A DNA stretch of 54,927 nucleotides, filler included, from Squatina squatina (lineage: Eukaryota): NCBI GenBank assembly GCA_031763465.1. It is 3 parts of 3 records of this genome, joined end to end, with 100 filler letters (N's around TTAATTAATTAA, not from the genome) between each part and the next. Parts side by side here need not be neighbours in the genome. Positions count along the whole stretch, not along the records: positions 1 to 23,544 come from JARFOE010000233.1; positions 23,645 to 39,295 come from JARFOE010000080.1; 1 more part is not named here. The stretch is one strand, 5' to 3'. The notes below the pieces were generated by a model. That model made no database searches and was not told the origin of the DNA. It saw nothing but the letters and a program-made list of their open reading frames with translations. Shown here piece by piece: positions 12,459-26,014 of this stretch. Numbering within the stretch: position 1 is the stretch's first letter; each line of letters opens with the position of its first letter. Made by a program: the position numbers and the translations under genes.

Positions 12459-14489
12459 NNNNNNNNNNNNNNNNNNNNNNNNNNNNNNNNNNNNNNNNNN
12501 NNNNNNNNNNNNNNNNNNNNNNNNNNNNNNNNNNNNNNNNNNNNNNNNNNNNNNNNNNTGCTGCGGTTCAAGAGCCAGCACCAACTCTGAGACGATGGGC
12601 TGAATGGCCACCCTTAGTGCTGTACTCTCTCTCATTCTATTAAATAGTGTTTGTTTCAGTGTAGTCTTGGACATTTAAAAAGCAGCCAGGGCTTTCACCC
12701 ATTCTGTGTGGACAGGTGGCATCATTGCCAGTGAATGCTTGTTAATAGACAATGGGTGCAGAGCATTTCAACACACATGACTACGAGGTTTGAGCCAATG
12801 AACAGGCTCTCATTATCCCTGACTGTTACAAGCTGGGCCTCTTGCCAATTGTCTCCCATTCTCTTTTGCTGCAGGGTCAGTATCCACAGCCATGAGACAC
12901 CCTCTGATACCTCCTTCAGGCTGTCATTTGGCAGTGGGTATCTGAGCCGGGGCTTCCAATGTCGAGGGCATTACTTTCAACTACCAACACACATAGGCGC
13001 ACACCGCCTGGCCTGTGTATGCATTTACCAATTGAGTCATCGAAGGAAAGCCCTGCGTCCTCTCCTAACACCTTTAATAATATTTTTAGAAATAATGACA
13101 GCCAGTCCTTTTCACGGAGGCAGCTTCCCATGAACAAATGGGCAGAAACACATGTTAGAACCATAAATAGGAGCAATACTCTTGTTGGCATTAATTACAG
13201 ACCGCCAAGAGTTTATGGTGAGCTCAAAGGGACATATTTCCTTTCAAATCCTCAAAGCTTTGGAGATTTGTCCCAGTTGAAGTACAAATGATCGATGGTG
13301 TGTGCATATGGGGATTGCAACAGATGTGAAATATGAATGCATATGTTTTGTCTCAGACTTTGCTCTGCTCCTATGTGACCTCAGCCCACTTTCAGGTCTG
13401 GCAGCTAGGTAGCTAGCTTTTTTCAGCATCTTTGCAGTGTCCATTTTAAAAAGCAGAAAAACAGCAGACTACATAGCTTATGCAACTGGGGATTACATCT
13501 TGGCTGCAGTTTATAATAACTCCAGGCAAAAATTGTACAGGCTTAGATCTGTCATAATTCTCTCAGGAAAGGTTTTGTTCTTTTCTCCCTATTTTGCATA
13601 AGACACTGTCTCCTCAGCATGTAATAGGACTTCATATTGAAATAAAGAACCCACCATTGACATTTTAACGAGCATTCATGATTTAGAGTCTGTTCAGAGC
13701 CTGGTTTTGATTGGACCCAATTAGTATGAGGGTAGCATTGCTGCAGCTCATTGAGCCTGTGAACCCTTCTGGCCTGACCCAGTAAGACTGCTGAGTGCTG
13801 TAAACTGACTGGCTGTGGGAAGACGGGGGCATTTGCTAAATACAACGCCATCCGTGTGAAAGACGGGAGGCTCTGATTCCGTTCCTGCATCTTTNNNNNN
13901 NNNNNNNNNNNNNNNNNNNNNNNNNNNNNNNNNNNNNNNNNNNNNNNNNNNNNNNNNNNNNNNNNNNNNNNNNNNNNNNNNNNNNNNNNNNNNNCCCTCT
14001 ATGAGCAGGCGGGCTCAGCTGTTTGGAATAGTTACCTAGAACTGAATCAGTGTCGGTTTTAGAAAATGAAGTAATTTTGAAGTTACCTCTGGCCACAAAC
14101 CCCCTGGAAAGTCGTTAGCTGTGGACCCCAGTTTGAGAAACACTGAGATATTGTACTCAATGTGCTGGGTACACTAGACATCAGCTTCTGCACACTTAGT
14201 AATCACACATCATAGAATGAATGTCTAGGTCTACAAATAACAGACATATCAAAAGCAATCAAGTGCATCAGCAAACAGGCCCATTTCACTCAATAAAATA
14301 AAACTCCTTTACAGATTCACATTTATCAGCCAAATCTCTAGACATAAACCATCATTCTGCACAGAAGCTGACAACCACTTCTGTACTGTATTAGGCCTAC
14401 TAAGCAGGGATAGTGCTGACAGATAAATAACAAAACACTTAGCTACTATCACTGCTTGTAATGTACCAGGCAAGTACAATAAGTTATAT

Positions 14490-14530
14490 AAACAAAAAAT
14501 ACTGGAAAAATTCAGCAGGTCAGGCAGCAC
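14490..14530 (-). mobile_element. Penelope-like terminal repeat fragment (cut by a gap)
   Basis: aaaaaatactggaaaaattcagcaggtcaggcagcac, same family as 50478-50659. Confidence 0.5.
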
Positions 14531-14630
14531 NNNNNNNNNNNNNNNNNNNNNNNNNNNNNNNNNNNNNNNNNNNNNNNNNNNNNNNNNNNNNNNNNNNNNN
14601 NNNNNNNNNNNNNNNNNNNNNNNNNNNNNN

Positions 14631-14840
14631 CTCTGGAATTCCATCCCTTAAGTCCTTCGCCTCTCCACATACCTCTCCTTTAAGATTCACTTTAACACCT
14701 ACTTCTTTGACCATACTTTTGGTCATTCTTAGTAATATCTCCCTCATTGGCTTGTTGCCCATTTATTTTAATTACACCTGTGTAAAAAGCCTTGTGAATT
14801 TTTGTCTTCATTAAATTTGCAATGTAAATGCAAGTTGCTG
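14631..14840 (+). mobile_element. L2-like LINE 3' tail
   Basis: ctctggaattccatccct...tttgacca...tgtaaatgcaagttgctg, reverse-complement similar to 23740-23945. Confidence 0.65.
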
Positions 14841-15869
14841 ATAATCATAGTTAACTAATTTTTTCTTAAAAAAAAGTCTTGATGGTGAGGTGATCTTAGA
14901 AAATAAATAGCACCATTCTTTCATCTAATCTGAACAGGACAGCACTGATCCAAAGTGATTATGATGTGAGCCATTTAGAACTACACTGATCCACGGTACA
15001 CTTTTGCCGATATTAAATTACAGACCAAAGAATGAGCTGAAAATGCACTGAGGAAGGAGACAAATAGGGATCCAATTAGGCTGTTTACAAATTCAAATCC
15101 AGTTGCTTCTGAAATTACTGCTATAATGTTAATGGCGATTATAATTGCATTAGAGCTGGGTAATTCATCACCATGACCCTAAGTGAACTTTTATTGTCAG
15201 CTACCCAGCTCACCCCATGATATTCCCAGTGAGTTTCATGACTACACAACGTCATTGCACTAGCATACTAAATTTCTCAGTGTTCTATTAAAAATAATAA
15301 TTTTTGGTCCAACTTATTAATTTGGCTACATAAACAACAATAACTGGTATTTCTAGAAAGGGCAATGTAAATAGAGAAGACACAGTTCCAGAATTGAACT
15401 CTCAAATGTCCTTGTCACTAGACACTACAAGGTCAGGTAATTATATATACTATTTAAGCAAATATTTTCTAAATAATTTGTACAAATTATTAAGTATCTT
15501 TATAGGTAAGTGATTGGAAATGCTGAATTGACAGTCTGATGTTTGTGTTAGTCATATTTAATTATATTTACAAATATGAAAATCAAGAGAGATAATATAG
15601 ATGTTACCATAAATATTACCATTACAAAGAAAGATGGCCTGTTTTTTAATATCCAACTTGTTCCCCATTATGGTCTTTGTAACCCATGATATTTATAACA
15701 TATTAAGAAAGCTGAATTAAAAGGATCATTACCATGGTTAACTTAGACACTGATGATTATATTTTGAAGNNNNNNNNNNNNNNNNNNNNNNNNNNNNNNN
15801 NNNNNNNNNNNNNNNNNNNNNNNNNNNNNNNNNNNNNNNNNNNNNNNNNNNNNNNNNNNNNNNNNNNNN

Positions 15870-16120
15870 CTGCAATCGGGACTCCCCAGACAACCACTGC
15901 ATGATAAGGACGCCCCACTCAAACACAATCCATTTCCCCTCCTCCGCACAATCCGAACCATGCCTCCACACCACTGCGCAATCTGGAGCCAGACTGCACA
16001 CGATCCTGATTCGAAGCCCATGCAATCTGGACCCCACCCAAACCGGACCCCGTGCAATCTGGACCCTACCCAAACCAGACCCTGTGCGATCCAGACACCC
16101 CTGTGAAATCCAGATTCTCC
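15870..16120. repeat. Degenerate C-rich tandem repeat with tgcaatctggaccc core
   Basis: Two near-identical 32-mers at 16021-16052 and 16053-16084, plus more diverged units. Confidence 0.7.
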
Positions 16121-18179
16121 TGAGATTTCTCTTACACCCCCAGAACATCTACATGCTCTCATAGGCTTGTGAAGCAGGGTTCCTACCTGAAAGGCCTCCA
16201 GCCAGTGAATCAGGCTTTCTGTGGGTGGGAATCTCATTTAAAGCGGCTCTACAGTCTAATTCTGCAGGACGATTGGAAATCCCCTTTTTCCGGATTTCTT
16301 TACTTTGCAACAGCCCCCTCCCCCACTGCACAGAACTCACCTCCAGGCTAAAATCCAGGCTCATATGTTAGTTTGGGTGATAAATAGTGTCATTGGGAGC
16401 AAGAAAGGCTAACATTGGTAGTCAGGTCAGGTGAAGAGGCCTGATATTAACAGTCAGATTGGAAGAAGGAGGTCAAATCTTGGATTTGCAATAACCTGGC
16501 TGAGAAATTTCCACAAAGATTTGCTTAACAGCTGAACTGTACTACTTCAGGTGAGTCATAGTAGCTGTTTTTCTGCCATTACCTCTACATTCAGTGGGAA
16601 GAAACCAGCCACTAACCATCATTTTGATTGGCAAGTGTTAAAAATTTAAAAAAACAGCATAAGAAAACTTTTCTTTTTAAAAGAAGAAACTATACTTGTG
16701 GTGTTAAAACGTGTGTCAATATCAGTATATGGCTAAGTAGATTTAAAAGTCAATCAAGATTTATAAACCTCTATTTGAAAAATCTGCAGTAAAATTAAAT
16801 TCATCAAAATAATGAGTATTGGCTGCACATTAAATAATGACCTGACTCACCTTAGAATGGTTTATTGACAAGATGTCTCACCAGATGCAATATATGTACG
16901 TATCGATCAGAAACACTGGTGGTTATAGGACCAGCATAGTTTGAGAATTGGAATGGTGCCCATCAGAAGACCAAAGAATGGTTAAATGACTAAGCAGATT
17001 GAAATGAGATAATGTTGCCAGTGGAACTGTCCCAATGGAGTTGCCAGGAAAATGGTGACATCATACCATTTCGAGAAGGGGCCTGGTAAAGACATTTTGT
17101 GCACTGATGAGAACGTTTGATCTTGTGTAATCTTGGAAATCAACTTTGTGAATACATCACATGGAATCAGACAACCACAAAGCAGTATTCAGAATAATTT
17201 GCTGGCAGTGATGTAGTTGTTTCCTTGCAAATCTCGGTCTCTAGTTAGAATCTCAACTACTTCTTTGGGAGGGCCGCATCTGTAAGGCAGATAATTTATA
17301 ACGATCTAGCAGTCCCTGCTGGCTGTACAGTGCTTTTTCCTTGAATATATTCCAGAAGCTTCCGGTTTAAATTTTGTTTCGCACATACTCTTGTACATAT
17401 TGATGCTTTCATGTATAACCAAGGATTTAATTTTTNNNNNNNNNNNNNNNNNNNNNNNNNNNNNNNNNNNNNNNNNNNNNNNNNNNNNNNNNNNNNNNNN
17501 NNNNNNNNNNNNNNNNNNNNNNNNNNNNNNNNNNNTGATCTCTGTGTTTTGGGACAGTTTTCTCAAACTGAAATCAAATCAAAATGCTGCCAAACATCTG
17601 CAATTAGGAGAAATAATCCATTTTTGTTTCCTCCAAATCAGATGAAAATGACTACTCCAGGGCATTAACACTACCACCTTTAATAAACAGTGAATTATGT
17701 GAATTAAAAATGGTGGTGCAAGTGGGACTTTCATTTCCTGATAAATCGCTACTTCACTGACCTGGCAGGCACCCAACAACAAAGTGTGCATGAGATGAAA
17801 GTCAACAGCTTAACAAGTGATTTTATTTTTTCAGAACATAGAAATGTGTTTACTCATTTATACATTCATTGTAAATCCTATTAATCCTTAAAACTGCTCA
17901 AATGATGTGTTTCAGAACAAGATCAATGTTTAGAGCTTATTTCTACAAGTTTACGTAGTTTGCCTGACACTTGTTGGAGCAGTTTTACATAATCTAACAC
18001 CAAGCTTTAATACTTTGCTCAGAGTGCCAAACAGATGGCAGATTAGTTCCAAATGAATTGAAAGTAAATCTCCATTTGCTGCTAGAAATTGTTCAAATTA
18101 CACATTCTACATTGTTAAAATTATAACTCTCAGTTTTGGTATCATTCTCGCAAATATCTTTTGTACCTGCTCCAGTGCC

Positions 18180-18490
18180 TCTACATCACCGTTCGAGCGA
18201 GGGACCTCAAGGATGTCCACAACACCCGCATGACAGGAGCCAATGACTGCTGGACCGACCACCGCCTAATCCGCTCTATTATTTCCATTAACCTGGCCCA
18301 AAACGGCAGAGGCAGCAGAAACTCTGCCACAGGAAAATCAATGTTGAAGGACTCAAAGACCCTGTAAAGAAACCCCTACTCAGCCAATGCCTCACAGCCA
18401 ACCTGACGAAGCTCAACGAATAGGAGCCACAGTGCCTGTTCTGCCTTTAAGTCCACCATAATCAGTACCTGTGAGGAGACTCTTTGGGCG
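18180..18490 (+). mobile_element. RTE-like LINE endonuclease fragment
   Basis: YITVRARDLKDVHNTRMTGANDCWTDHRLIRS, the C-terminal APE motif typical of RTE/BovB elements. Confidence 0.75.
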
Positions 18491-18618
18491 CCCAGTTGAT
18501 TAGTTGGTGCAGGCGCAGNNNNNNNNNNNNNNNNNNNNNNNNNNNNNNNNNNNNNNNNNNNNNNNNNNNNNNNNNNNNNNNNNNNNNNNNNNNNNNNNNN
18601 NNNNNNNNNNNNNNNNNN

Positions 18619-18821
18619 GTGTAGCACTGACGAACGCACCCGAATAGCGCCCCCGAACCTGCCCCAACAGGAAGTGGAGCGCGCGACACTATGCTCCACT
18701 TCCTGTGAGGGACGGTAATCACAATTTCGCAGCCGGGCAAAGACTTCCGTGCCGGGTACTGGAAGTCCCGCCCAGACTCGGTTACCGTCCCCAAACAGGG
18801 CATTGGGGAATTTCATCCCCC
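18619..18821. mobile_element. Harbinger-like element end
   Basis: CpG-rich block ending gggaatttcatcccc, the reverse complement of a GGGGATGAAATT-type terminus. Confidence 0.5.
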
Positions 18822-20340
18822 TAATATCCACACAGTAAAGATGAAAATCTATCCCATATTAACCAGAGGTAATCCTCCCCCAAAATGTTCTTTATTTATT
18901 TGAAGTGAAAGGGAGATCATAATCTAAATGTGGACCTAGCTAGATACTCAGAATATCTCACCTTTATTTTAGGCTGTGTATATTGTACAACGGTTGTACT
19001 CCAAAATGCTGCTTTAATCTTATGGAGTGCACTCGGTTTATTGGATTCATTTTCAGTCTAAATGGCATTTAAAAAATAACAGTCCCTCAGGCCTGCACAT
19101 AAAGCTGTGCAGCTTAGTTTGTTGGACAACTGTTAAATCACACGTCATCCTGGATGAAAGCCATTTGTTTATGAACTTTTAAATATATCAAACACCAAAG
19201 GGGATTGTGCATTATTTTTGGAATGAAGCATGTGTCAGCTGTGGTACAGCTGTAAGATAATCAGTTTAAAGCTAAACAAGTAAATGAATTTGGAAGGGAG
19301 ACAGCAGACTGTATCATTGAGGAAAAAATAATACGGTTTTCATCTGCAGGTATAAATTAGTGACAGATGAATATCCCCCAGCACAGGTAAGAGCCATGCA
19401 TGGTGGCATTGAGGAAAAACACTGCGGGAAGAAAATAACATTAGAAAATTGTTCATATTTTTCTTCAATGCATTGAACATTTAAGTGGACATTTTTCATG
19501 TGTTTTACTTTCTGCTCTTTATCCTAACAAACTTTATTAAAACTTTGCACGGCAACATGACAGAGCGTACAATGCACAGAATATCATGTATAATACATAG
19601 GCAGAGTGCACCGTATCCNNNNNNNNNNNNNNNNNNNNNNNNNNNNNNNNNNNNNNNNNNNNNNNNNNNNNNNNNNNNNNNNNNNNNNNNNNNNNNNNNN
19701 NNNNNNNNNNNNNNNNNNCGTCCTAAAAATCAATCCAAAAATGTATGCTTTTGCAAAAGATGCAGAATTGAAAACTGGTTTCAGTATCCCTAAAATTTGC
19801 TAGTAGAAAATCAAGCTGCATCTGCAGTTGACTGGATACATCTCAGAAAAATACATAAACTGGTGATTTTACATATTGTACAGAAGAGAGTTTTTGCTCA
19901 AGGAAACAGTTAGGCCAGTGAAAAATCAGACAATTAAAAAGATTTGTCCCAAAATTATTTTCTGCTTACTGAAAATGGGATAGAAAATTTACTCCAACCT
20001 GGAAAATAGCAACTTCAGAGCAGGCTGAATGAATGGAGTGAAGTATAATGGGAGCACCTTCAATATTATTATGTCAGTCACAATGAAGCAGACTATTTTG
20101 GTAACAAATTGGGAGAGCCGTTCGCTTCTTACACGTTCTGCTTGTTTCTTGCAATCTGATTTCTATAGAAAACACTCCCCAGATTATATTAAAACCTCCT
20201 CCACATACCTGAAGCATGAGAAATTCTGATAAAACAACAAAGCTTTGAACCATAGCTTTTATACTCGAAAAGCAATAATTGTTTCCAGATGAAATTTACA
20301 ATTACTGATTAAGGGTATTTATCGTGCAAAACAATTACCC

Positions 20341-20354
20341 GTTGCCATGGTAAC
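20341..20354. promoter_or_regulatory. RFX X-box motif
   Basis: GTTGCCATGGTAAC matches the X-box consensus GTTNCCATGGNAAC and lies in non-repeat intronic DNA. Confidence 0.6.
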
Positions 20355-20686
20355 TTATCTTCTAAAATAGTAACTCTTTTGCTATATACATTTTTTGACA
20401 GGTTTGCTGCTCATTAAAATGAAGTCTGTACAGCTGAAGGTGGAGTTCATGTGGGACTGCAAATTCTCCCCAAAGGTTTCCTATTTAATTCTGCTTCTGA
20501 ATGTCAGTATTGTACACTGTATTCTTATTGGAGATCCAAACGAGCATAAGAGAAATACTTGAATCTCTATGATACACTTCAACCACAGACATAGAAATAC
20601 CCTGAAAAGATAAAACTGACAAGTAGAGATCTGTACTCTAACAGTTACATTGTCAGTCACAGTTTAGTGAACCTTATGGGATGCAA

Positions 20687-20876
20687 GGGCTTGAAATTCG
20701 GCTCCATAGCACCTGATTAATCAGCTCTAAGGGTGCCATTTTGTGACAAAAATGGCATCTGCGCCACATGCGCACACTTCTGCTTCATGCTGCATTGGAC
20801 GCCATCTTGTAGAGGGCATTAGCATCGGTGCTGGGAGCGTGCGCCTAGTGCTCCTACGCAGTGCTACCCCAGTGGC
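20687..20876. mobile_element. Harbinger-like element start
   Basis: gggcttgaaattcgg terminus followed by a CpG-rich arm, cut by a gap. Confidence 0.5.
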
Positions 20877-21766
20877 NNNNNNNNNNNNNNNNNNNNNNNN
20901 NNNNNNNNNNNNNNNNNNNNNNNNNNNNNNNNNNNNNNNNNNNNNNNNNNNNNNNNNNNNNNNNNNNNNNNNNNNNAGAATGGCAACTGTGGGCATTACA
21001 CTCCCCAGGCTAGGGAGAGGAAAACATCTCCTGGCCTCTGCTGGAAAGTGTGTGGATGTCAAGTTAGAACAAGGTTGGGTATGGCTGTGATGTCCTCTAC
21101 AAATGAATATTCTGCTCACGCCCAGAGGCTAGGCTCACACATGACAAAGAGGCCCTTGAACAAGAAATCAAACAGCTGCTATTGCTTGTAAATTTGTACC
21201 TCAGCAGGAGTCAGCACATCCAAATCAGGAGGGAAGAGAATTGAAGAAAAATAACAGGCACCTGTTATTTGCAATAGTTTTACAAACAAGCGCAGCCACC
21301 ACTATTCTTTCCTATCAGTTTATATTTTAATTGCAGGAAGTCTCTTCTCATCTGAGCTATTAACTAAACAAATAGAAATTATTATTCAGCAGACATTGCC
21401 CTCCATCCTCATCAATACCTATCAGCCAAGGACCTGTCATAGAGATCCCATTAATAAATGGTTGCCATTGTGAATAAGAAATTGTTAGCATATGTTTCCT
21501 GTGGAAAAGAAAGTGGCTGTGAACTGGATGAATGTTCTCTTTGCACTGACAAAGAATAAATAAAATGTCTTATTTGATAAATAGAATCAGGGGAGCTGGC
21601 TTGCAGGTAATACTGCTGGTAGGGTGGTAGACTCCCTGTGGAAGGGCTTGAAGTCGAATGCAAGAGNNNNNNNNNNNNNNNNNNNNNNNNNNNNNNNNNN
21701 NNNNNNNNNNNNNNNNNNNNNNNNNNNNNNNNNNNNNNNNNNNNNNNNNNNNNNNNNNNNNNNNNN

Positions 21767-22020
21767 TTGACAATTTGAAAAGACAGGCAGACTGGAAAAG
21801 GAGGGAGGTAGCCCTGATAACAAAGGATGACATAAGGACAGAACTGAGAAAGGATCTTGGCTCGGAAGGTCAGGAAGTAAAATTAGTATGCGTGGAGATA
21901 AGAAATAACAAGGGGTAGGTAACACTGGTGGGAGGAGTTTATAATCCCCCTAACCATTGAACAGAGTACTAATCAACAAATAATAGGAACTTGTAACAAA
22001 GGGAATGCAATAATCATAGA
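21767..22020 (+). mobile_element. CR1-like LINE endonuclease fragment
   Basis: RREVALITKDDI...VEIRNNKG..TLVGGVYNPP, an APE endonuclease pattern. Confidence 0.75.
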
Positions 22021-23544
22021 GGCCGAAAAACCATCACTGCAGAGCCAAATTTCTAGCCCTAAAGCCTTGATTCATTATAATTCACCAGTCATTTTTAATT
22101 CCCCCTACAACTGGGAGCAGTACAGCGGCCAAAAGCAAATCCTGCTTGAGCATTGTTTTTAATCCACTCCAATTTCCTGCAAAATTACAGAGGATTACCC
22201 ACAACACCTCTTGCTGCTGGAATCAAAATACTTCTTATCGTATTAATGAAGTGCACTCTTTGATTTACTGTAAAATGTTATTGAATCAGTGACTAAAGTA
22301 TTACTTTGAATGTCATTTTAAAAATACAATTATTATTAGAAATGTAATCAATTATAAAGAAATACTTTTAGTGGTTGTAATAGAACATCCCTTTAAATTA
22401 TTGACCACTTGAATATTCTTAGGTGTTTTTTACATGTATTTTATGAACAAAAATAGCCATATTTTTCGAGGCTGCAAAATAAGTTTGGTGCTGGAAGGGT
22501 TATACAATTTCTGCCTGACTTATTGACCAAAGGGAATAGTTATTCTGCTGAAGGGAATATTCTTACAGTCTGTAAGATGGACATATGAANNNNNNNNNNC
22601 ATCTCAGATGACAGCACACAGTCTGCAAACCTGACAGCGCTTTCCTAGAATGATATATAAAAATATATATCCCTTACAGTTTTCTTTCGCAAATGGAATT
22701 TACAATAATTTACTGCTCACTGGCTGCAAGATAATCATAAAGCTTACCTCATTTCCTGTTAACACATTGCAGCTAAATGCACAGGTAGTTTCATCTCAAG
22801 GGTAATTTGTTTTATTGATTATCACTCATTCTAAAGATCAGTCTTTTGGTGTGAGGAATAATTTAATTGCAACATATTAAAAGCAAATTCTTTTACGAGG
22901 ATTGACAGTGTCACCAGGCAAAAATTTCCTGTCATGTTAAATCCATCATTTTGCGCTTTATCCGTGACTGTCTAGAATGTTGCTGCTGTCTTGATTGTCA
23001 GTTTTCTCGTAGCTACTTATTTAATTTGTGATCCCAAGCATGGAGTGTTCATTTTTTTTTTCCAGGCAGCCACTGTTCAGGGGAAGATCTGCTAAGCATG
23101 TTCCATATACTGCCATCTAAATATTAAGAGGCCAAAGTTCCTGTATATTTTTGAAATGAGAAAGATGTCTGTTTTTCTGAAAAACAATGAACCACTAGAA
23201 TATTCACAAGAATGTGCATTTCCCGATAATGTGATTTCATTAGCAGTAACACAAAAAGCATTCTATCACATTGCACTGGCAATAATAATCCTTTAACTCT
23301 TCTCAAGCAGCTAACACGCACCTAACTTTTACGAATGTTCAAGAATTCATTCATGTGGTTGTGACAGACACATTTGTAATTGAAAATTCCAAAAAGACAA
23401 TTGAGAAAATTATGATTTATCCACAAGGTACTACATATGCTCAGAGCCATCGTTCCTGTTTTTATACCCAAAACCGGTTTAAAATACAACACAGACATGG
23501 ATATTGACTTTAAAAGTTTGTGGGAATGTCTGGTGTAAGTCTAC

Positions 23545-23644
23545 NNNNNNNNNNNNNNNNNNNNNNNNNNNNNNNNNNNNNNNNNNNNTTAATTAATTAA
23601 NNNNNNNNNNNNNNNNNNNNNNNNNNNNNNNNNNNNNNNNNNNN
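23545..23644. other. Synthetic scaffold linker N44-TTAATTAATTAA-N44
   Basis: 12-mer with stops in all six frames, centred in a 100-nt gap. Confidence 0.9.
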
Positions 23645-23690
23645 TGCTGGAAAAACTCAGCAGGTCAGGCAGCATTAAAACAGACAACAC
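23645..23690 (-). mobile_element. Penelope-like terminal repeat fragment
   Basis: tgctggaaaaactcagcaggtcaggcagcat, same family as 50478-50659. Confidence 0.5.
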
Positions 23691-23734
23691 TGTATATGCA
23701 GGGTGTGACAAATGTTTGAAATAAACTTCCAAAC

Positions 23735-24625
23735 ACAATAACAATAACAATTTGCATTTATATAGTGCCATTAACATAGTAAAATTTCACAAGGCAATTC
23801 AGAGGAGCTTTATCAAACAAAATGTGATACTGACTCACATAAGGAGATATTATGACAGCTTGGTCCAAGAGTTTGGATTAAAGGAGCATCCTAAAGGAGG
23901 GGTGCAAGGTAGAGAGGTGGTGAGGTTTAGAGAGGCAATTCCAGAGCTTCTAGCCAGCTGAAGGCACAGCCACCAATTGTGGAACAATTAAAATGGGGGA
24001 TGCGCTAGAGGCCAGAATTGCAGAAGTGCAGAGATCTCAGAGGATTGTAGGGCTGGAGGAGACTACAGAGATAGGGAGGGTCGAGGCCATGGAGGGAATT
24101 GAAAACAAGGATGAGAACTTTTTAACTGAGGCGTTGACGGACCAGGAGNNNNNNNNNNATGTATGTCTGCGAGCACAGGGGTGATGGGTGAATGGAACTT
24201 GGTGCAAGTTTGGCTATGGACAGCAGATTTTTGGATGAGCTCAAGTTTATGGAGGGTGGAAGATGGGAGGCCAGCCAGGAGAGCATCGGAACAGACAAGT
24301 CTAGAGCTAACAAAGGCATGATGAGCTGAGGCAGGGGCAGAGTGGTGTAATATTACAGTGGTTGAACTAGGCAATCTTGGTGATGGAATGAATATGTGGT
24401 CGGAAGTTCATCCCGGGGCCAAATATGACACCAAGGTTGCAAACTGTCTAGTTCAGCCTCAGACAGTGACCAGGGAGAAGGATGGAGTCAGTGGCTAGGA
24501 CCAAAGACAATGGCTTCGGTCTTCCCAGTATTTAGTTGGAGGAAATTTCTGCTCATCCAATATTGGATATAGGACAAGTAATGTAACAAATCAGATATTG
24601 TGGAGGGGTCGAGAGATGCAGCGGT
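23735..24625 (-). mobile_element. L2-like LINE 3' fragment
   Basis: Minus frames IQYWMSRNFLQLNTGKTEAIVFGP, HAFVSSRLVCSDALLAGLP and ITPVLADIH, with a short-repeat tail (aacaat)n near 23735. Confidence 0.85.
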
Positions 24626-25936
24626 GATGTCGAGCACAAGGGAATTAATGGAGACCAAAGAGCTACACATCCAAATAGAGTATATGGATGTGATGGAGGG
24701 GGATAGACAAGCATCAGCAATACAATGGACAAGTCTTTCAACAAGTGAAAGTTGCACTGACAGGTAACGGTGATCCAACATAGCTCAAGTAATGACAAGG
24801 TAGAAGACACTGAACACCATCTACTGGCAGGGGGAGGCAATGCTTGACAATTCTGGGAGCTGAGAGTCATCCTTTCTCATGGGCAGAATTGGCTGTTGAC
24901 AAATGATGTCCCAGCAACGAGTGTAATGTTTCCAGCTCAGCTTGCTGCATTGTTTATTCAGCGAAGCATCACTCAACTCCCTTANNNNNNNNNNNNNNNN
25001 NNNNNNNNNNNNNNNNNNNNNNNNNNNNNNNNNNNNNNNNNNNNNNNNNNNNNNNNNNNNNNNNNNNNNNNNNNNNNNNNNNNNCCTCCCACCAGTACAA
25101 GCTAGCTACTTAAAAATGAAATGTTTACAGGGTTTCAAAGTTAAATGTTCAAACTAAAAGGTGTTGATTACAAAAACAATTATTAATCAGATGTTTAGGC
25201 ACAGTGGGAAGGTAGCATATTCTATCCATCCTATTTGTTCTCTTGACAAGCACTAGATCAAATATCCAAAACCGCAATGTACTTAATAATGCAAAGATAA
25301 TGAGTTGTATGAGGGAGTGAAAATCAATCCTTATTTTCCTATCAAAACACTTTAAGAAAACGAACAGGAGTATAAACAGCACTAAATGTAGGGAGGCTCT
25401 GTAGTGGGCCTCTTAAAAATATATATTATGGCAATTACATTTGTGACACTGTACATGAAAAACATATTTTGCAGCAACTTGTACCTTAGCTTTGAAGATT
25501 TTATCTTTATCACAATAAACATGATTTCATAAAAGCCATCTATAAGCGGAAGGCAAATTATAGAAAAAAATAAATTGGCTTATTTAACCCTCTGAACTAA
25601 ATACATTCTAAAAGTCAGTGCATGTTTTCTGAGATCTACAAGACAGCAACAGGTTCCATCAAAAAATGTAAACAAAGTTTATTAAATAAATCACAATGAT
25701 GCCACTACATCAGTGATTTTTAAAACTATTTCCAGTTTCACAAAAATATTAAAATCAGTAATGCATTTTTCACTGCCTAAACTACTGTTTTACAACTTAA
25801 AGGATACATAACATAACTAGTTATAACTAAATTGTTATGTCATCTTTTAACTAATAACTCTTCCTGTGGGTATGTAGTGAAAGTTTCCTACTATTTGACA
25901 TTAGTATGTATTCAATTGTGTAATTATAAATCTTAC

Positions 25937-26014
25937 CCATGGTAGTTTTTCTTTTCTGGCATTATGCACAAATCTTCGGCCCAATTTCTTGGCATTCCAG
26001 ATAGAGGCCAGCAT
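25937..26014 (-). CDS. DLG2: DLG2 alternative first coding exon (MFASIWYAKKLGRRFVHNARK-type isoform)
   Basis: ATG at 26014 reads MLASIWNAKKLGRRFVHNARKEKLPW, then TGG|GTAAGA donor (phase 0). Close to the recalled mammalian DLG2 alternative N-terminus MFASIWYAKKLGRRFVHNARKAKSEK. Too short for the ORF track. Confidence 0.85.

Noticed and set aside
15870-16120. CRISPR-like repeat array, also considered for 47240-47436
   Set aside because: Eukaryotic context, degenerate tandem units without unique spacers, and no cas genes.
22748-22800. Minus-strand ATGAG|GTAAGC donor as another DLG2 start exon
   Set aside because: Only a donor-like motif, with no recognisable peptide or promoter evidence.
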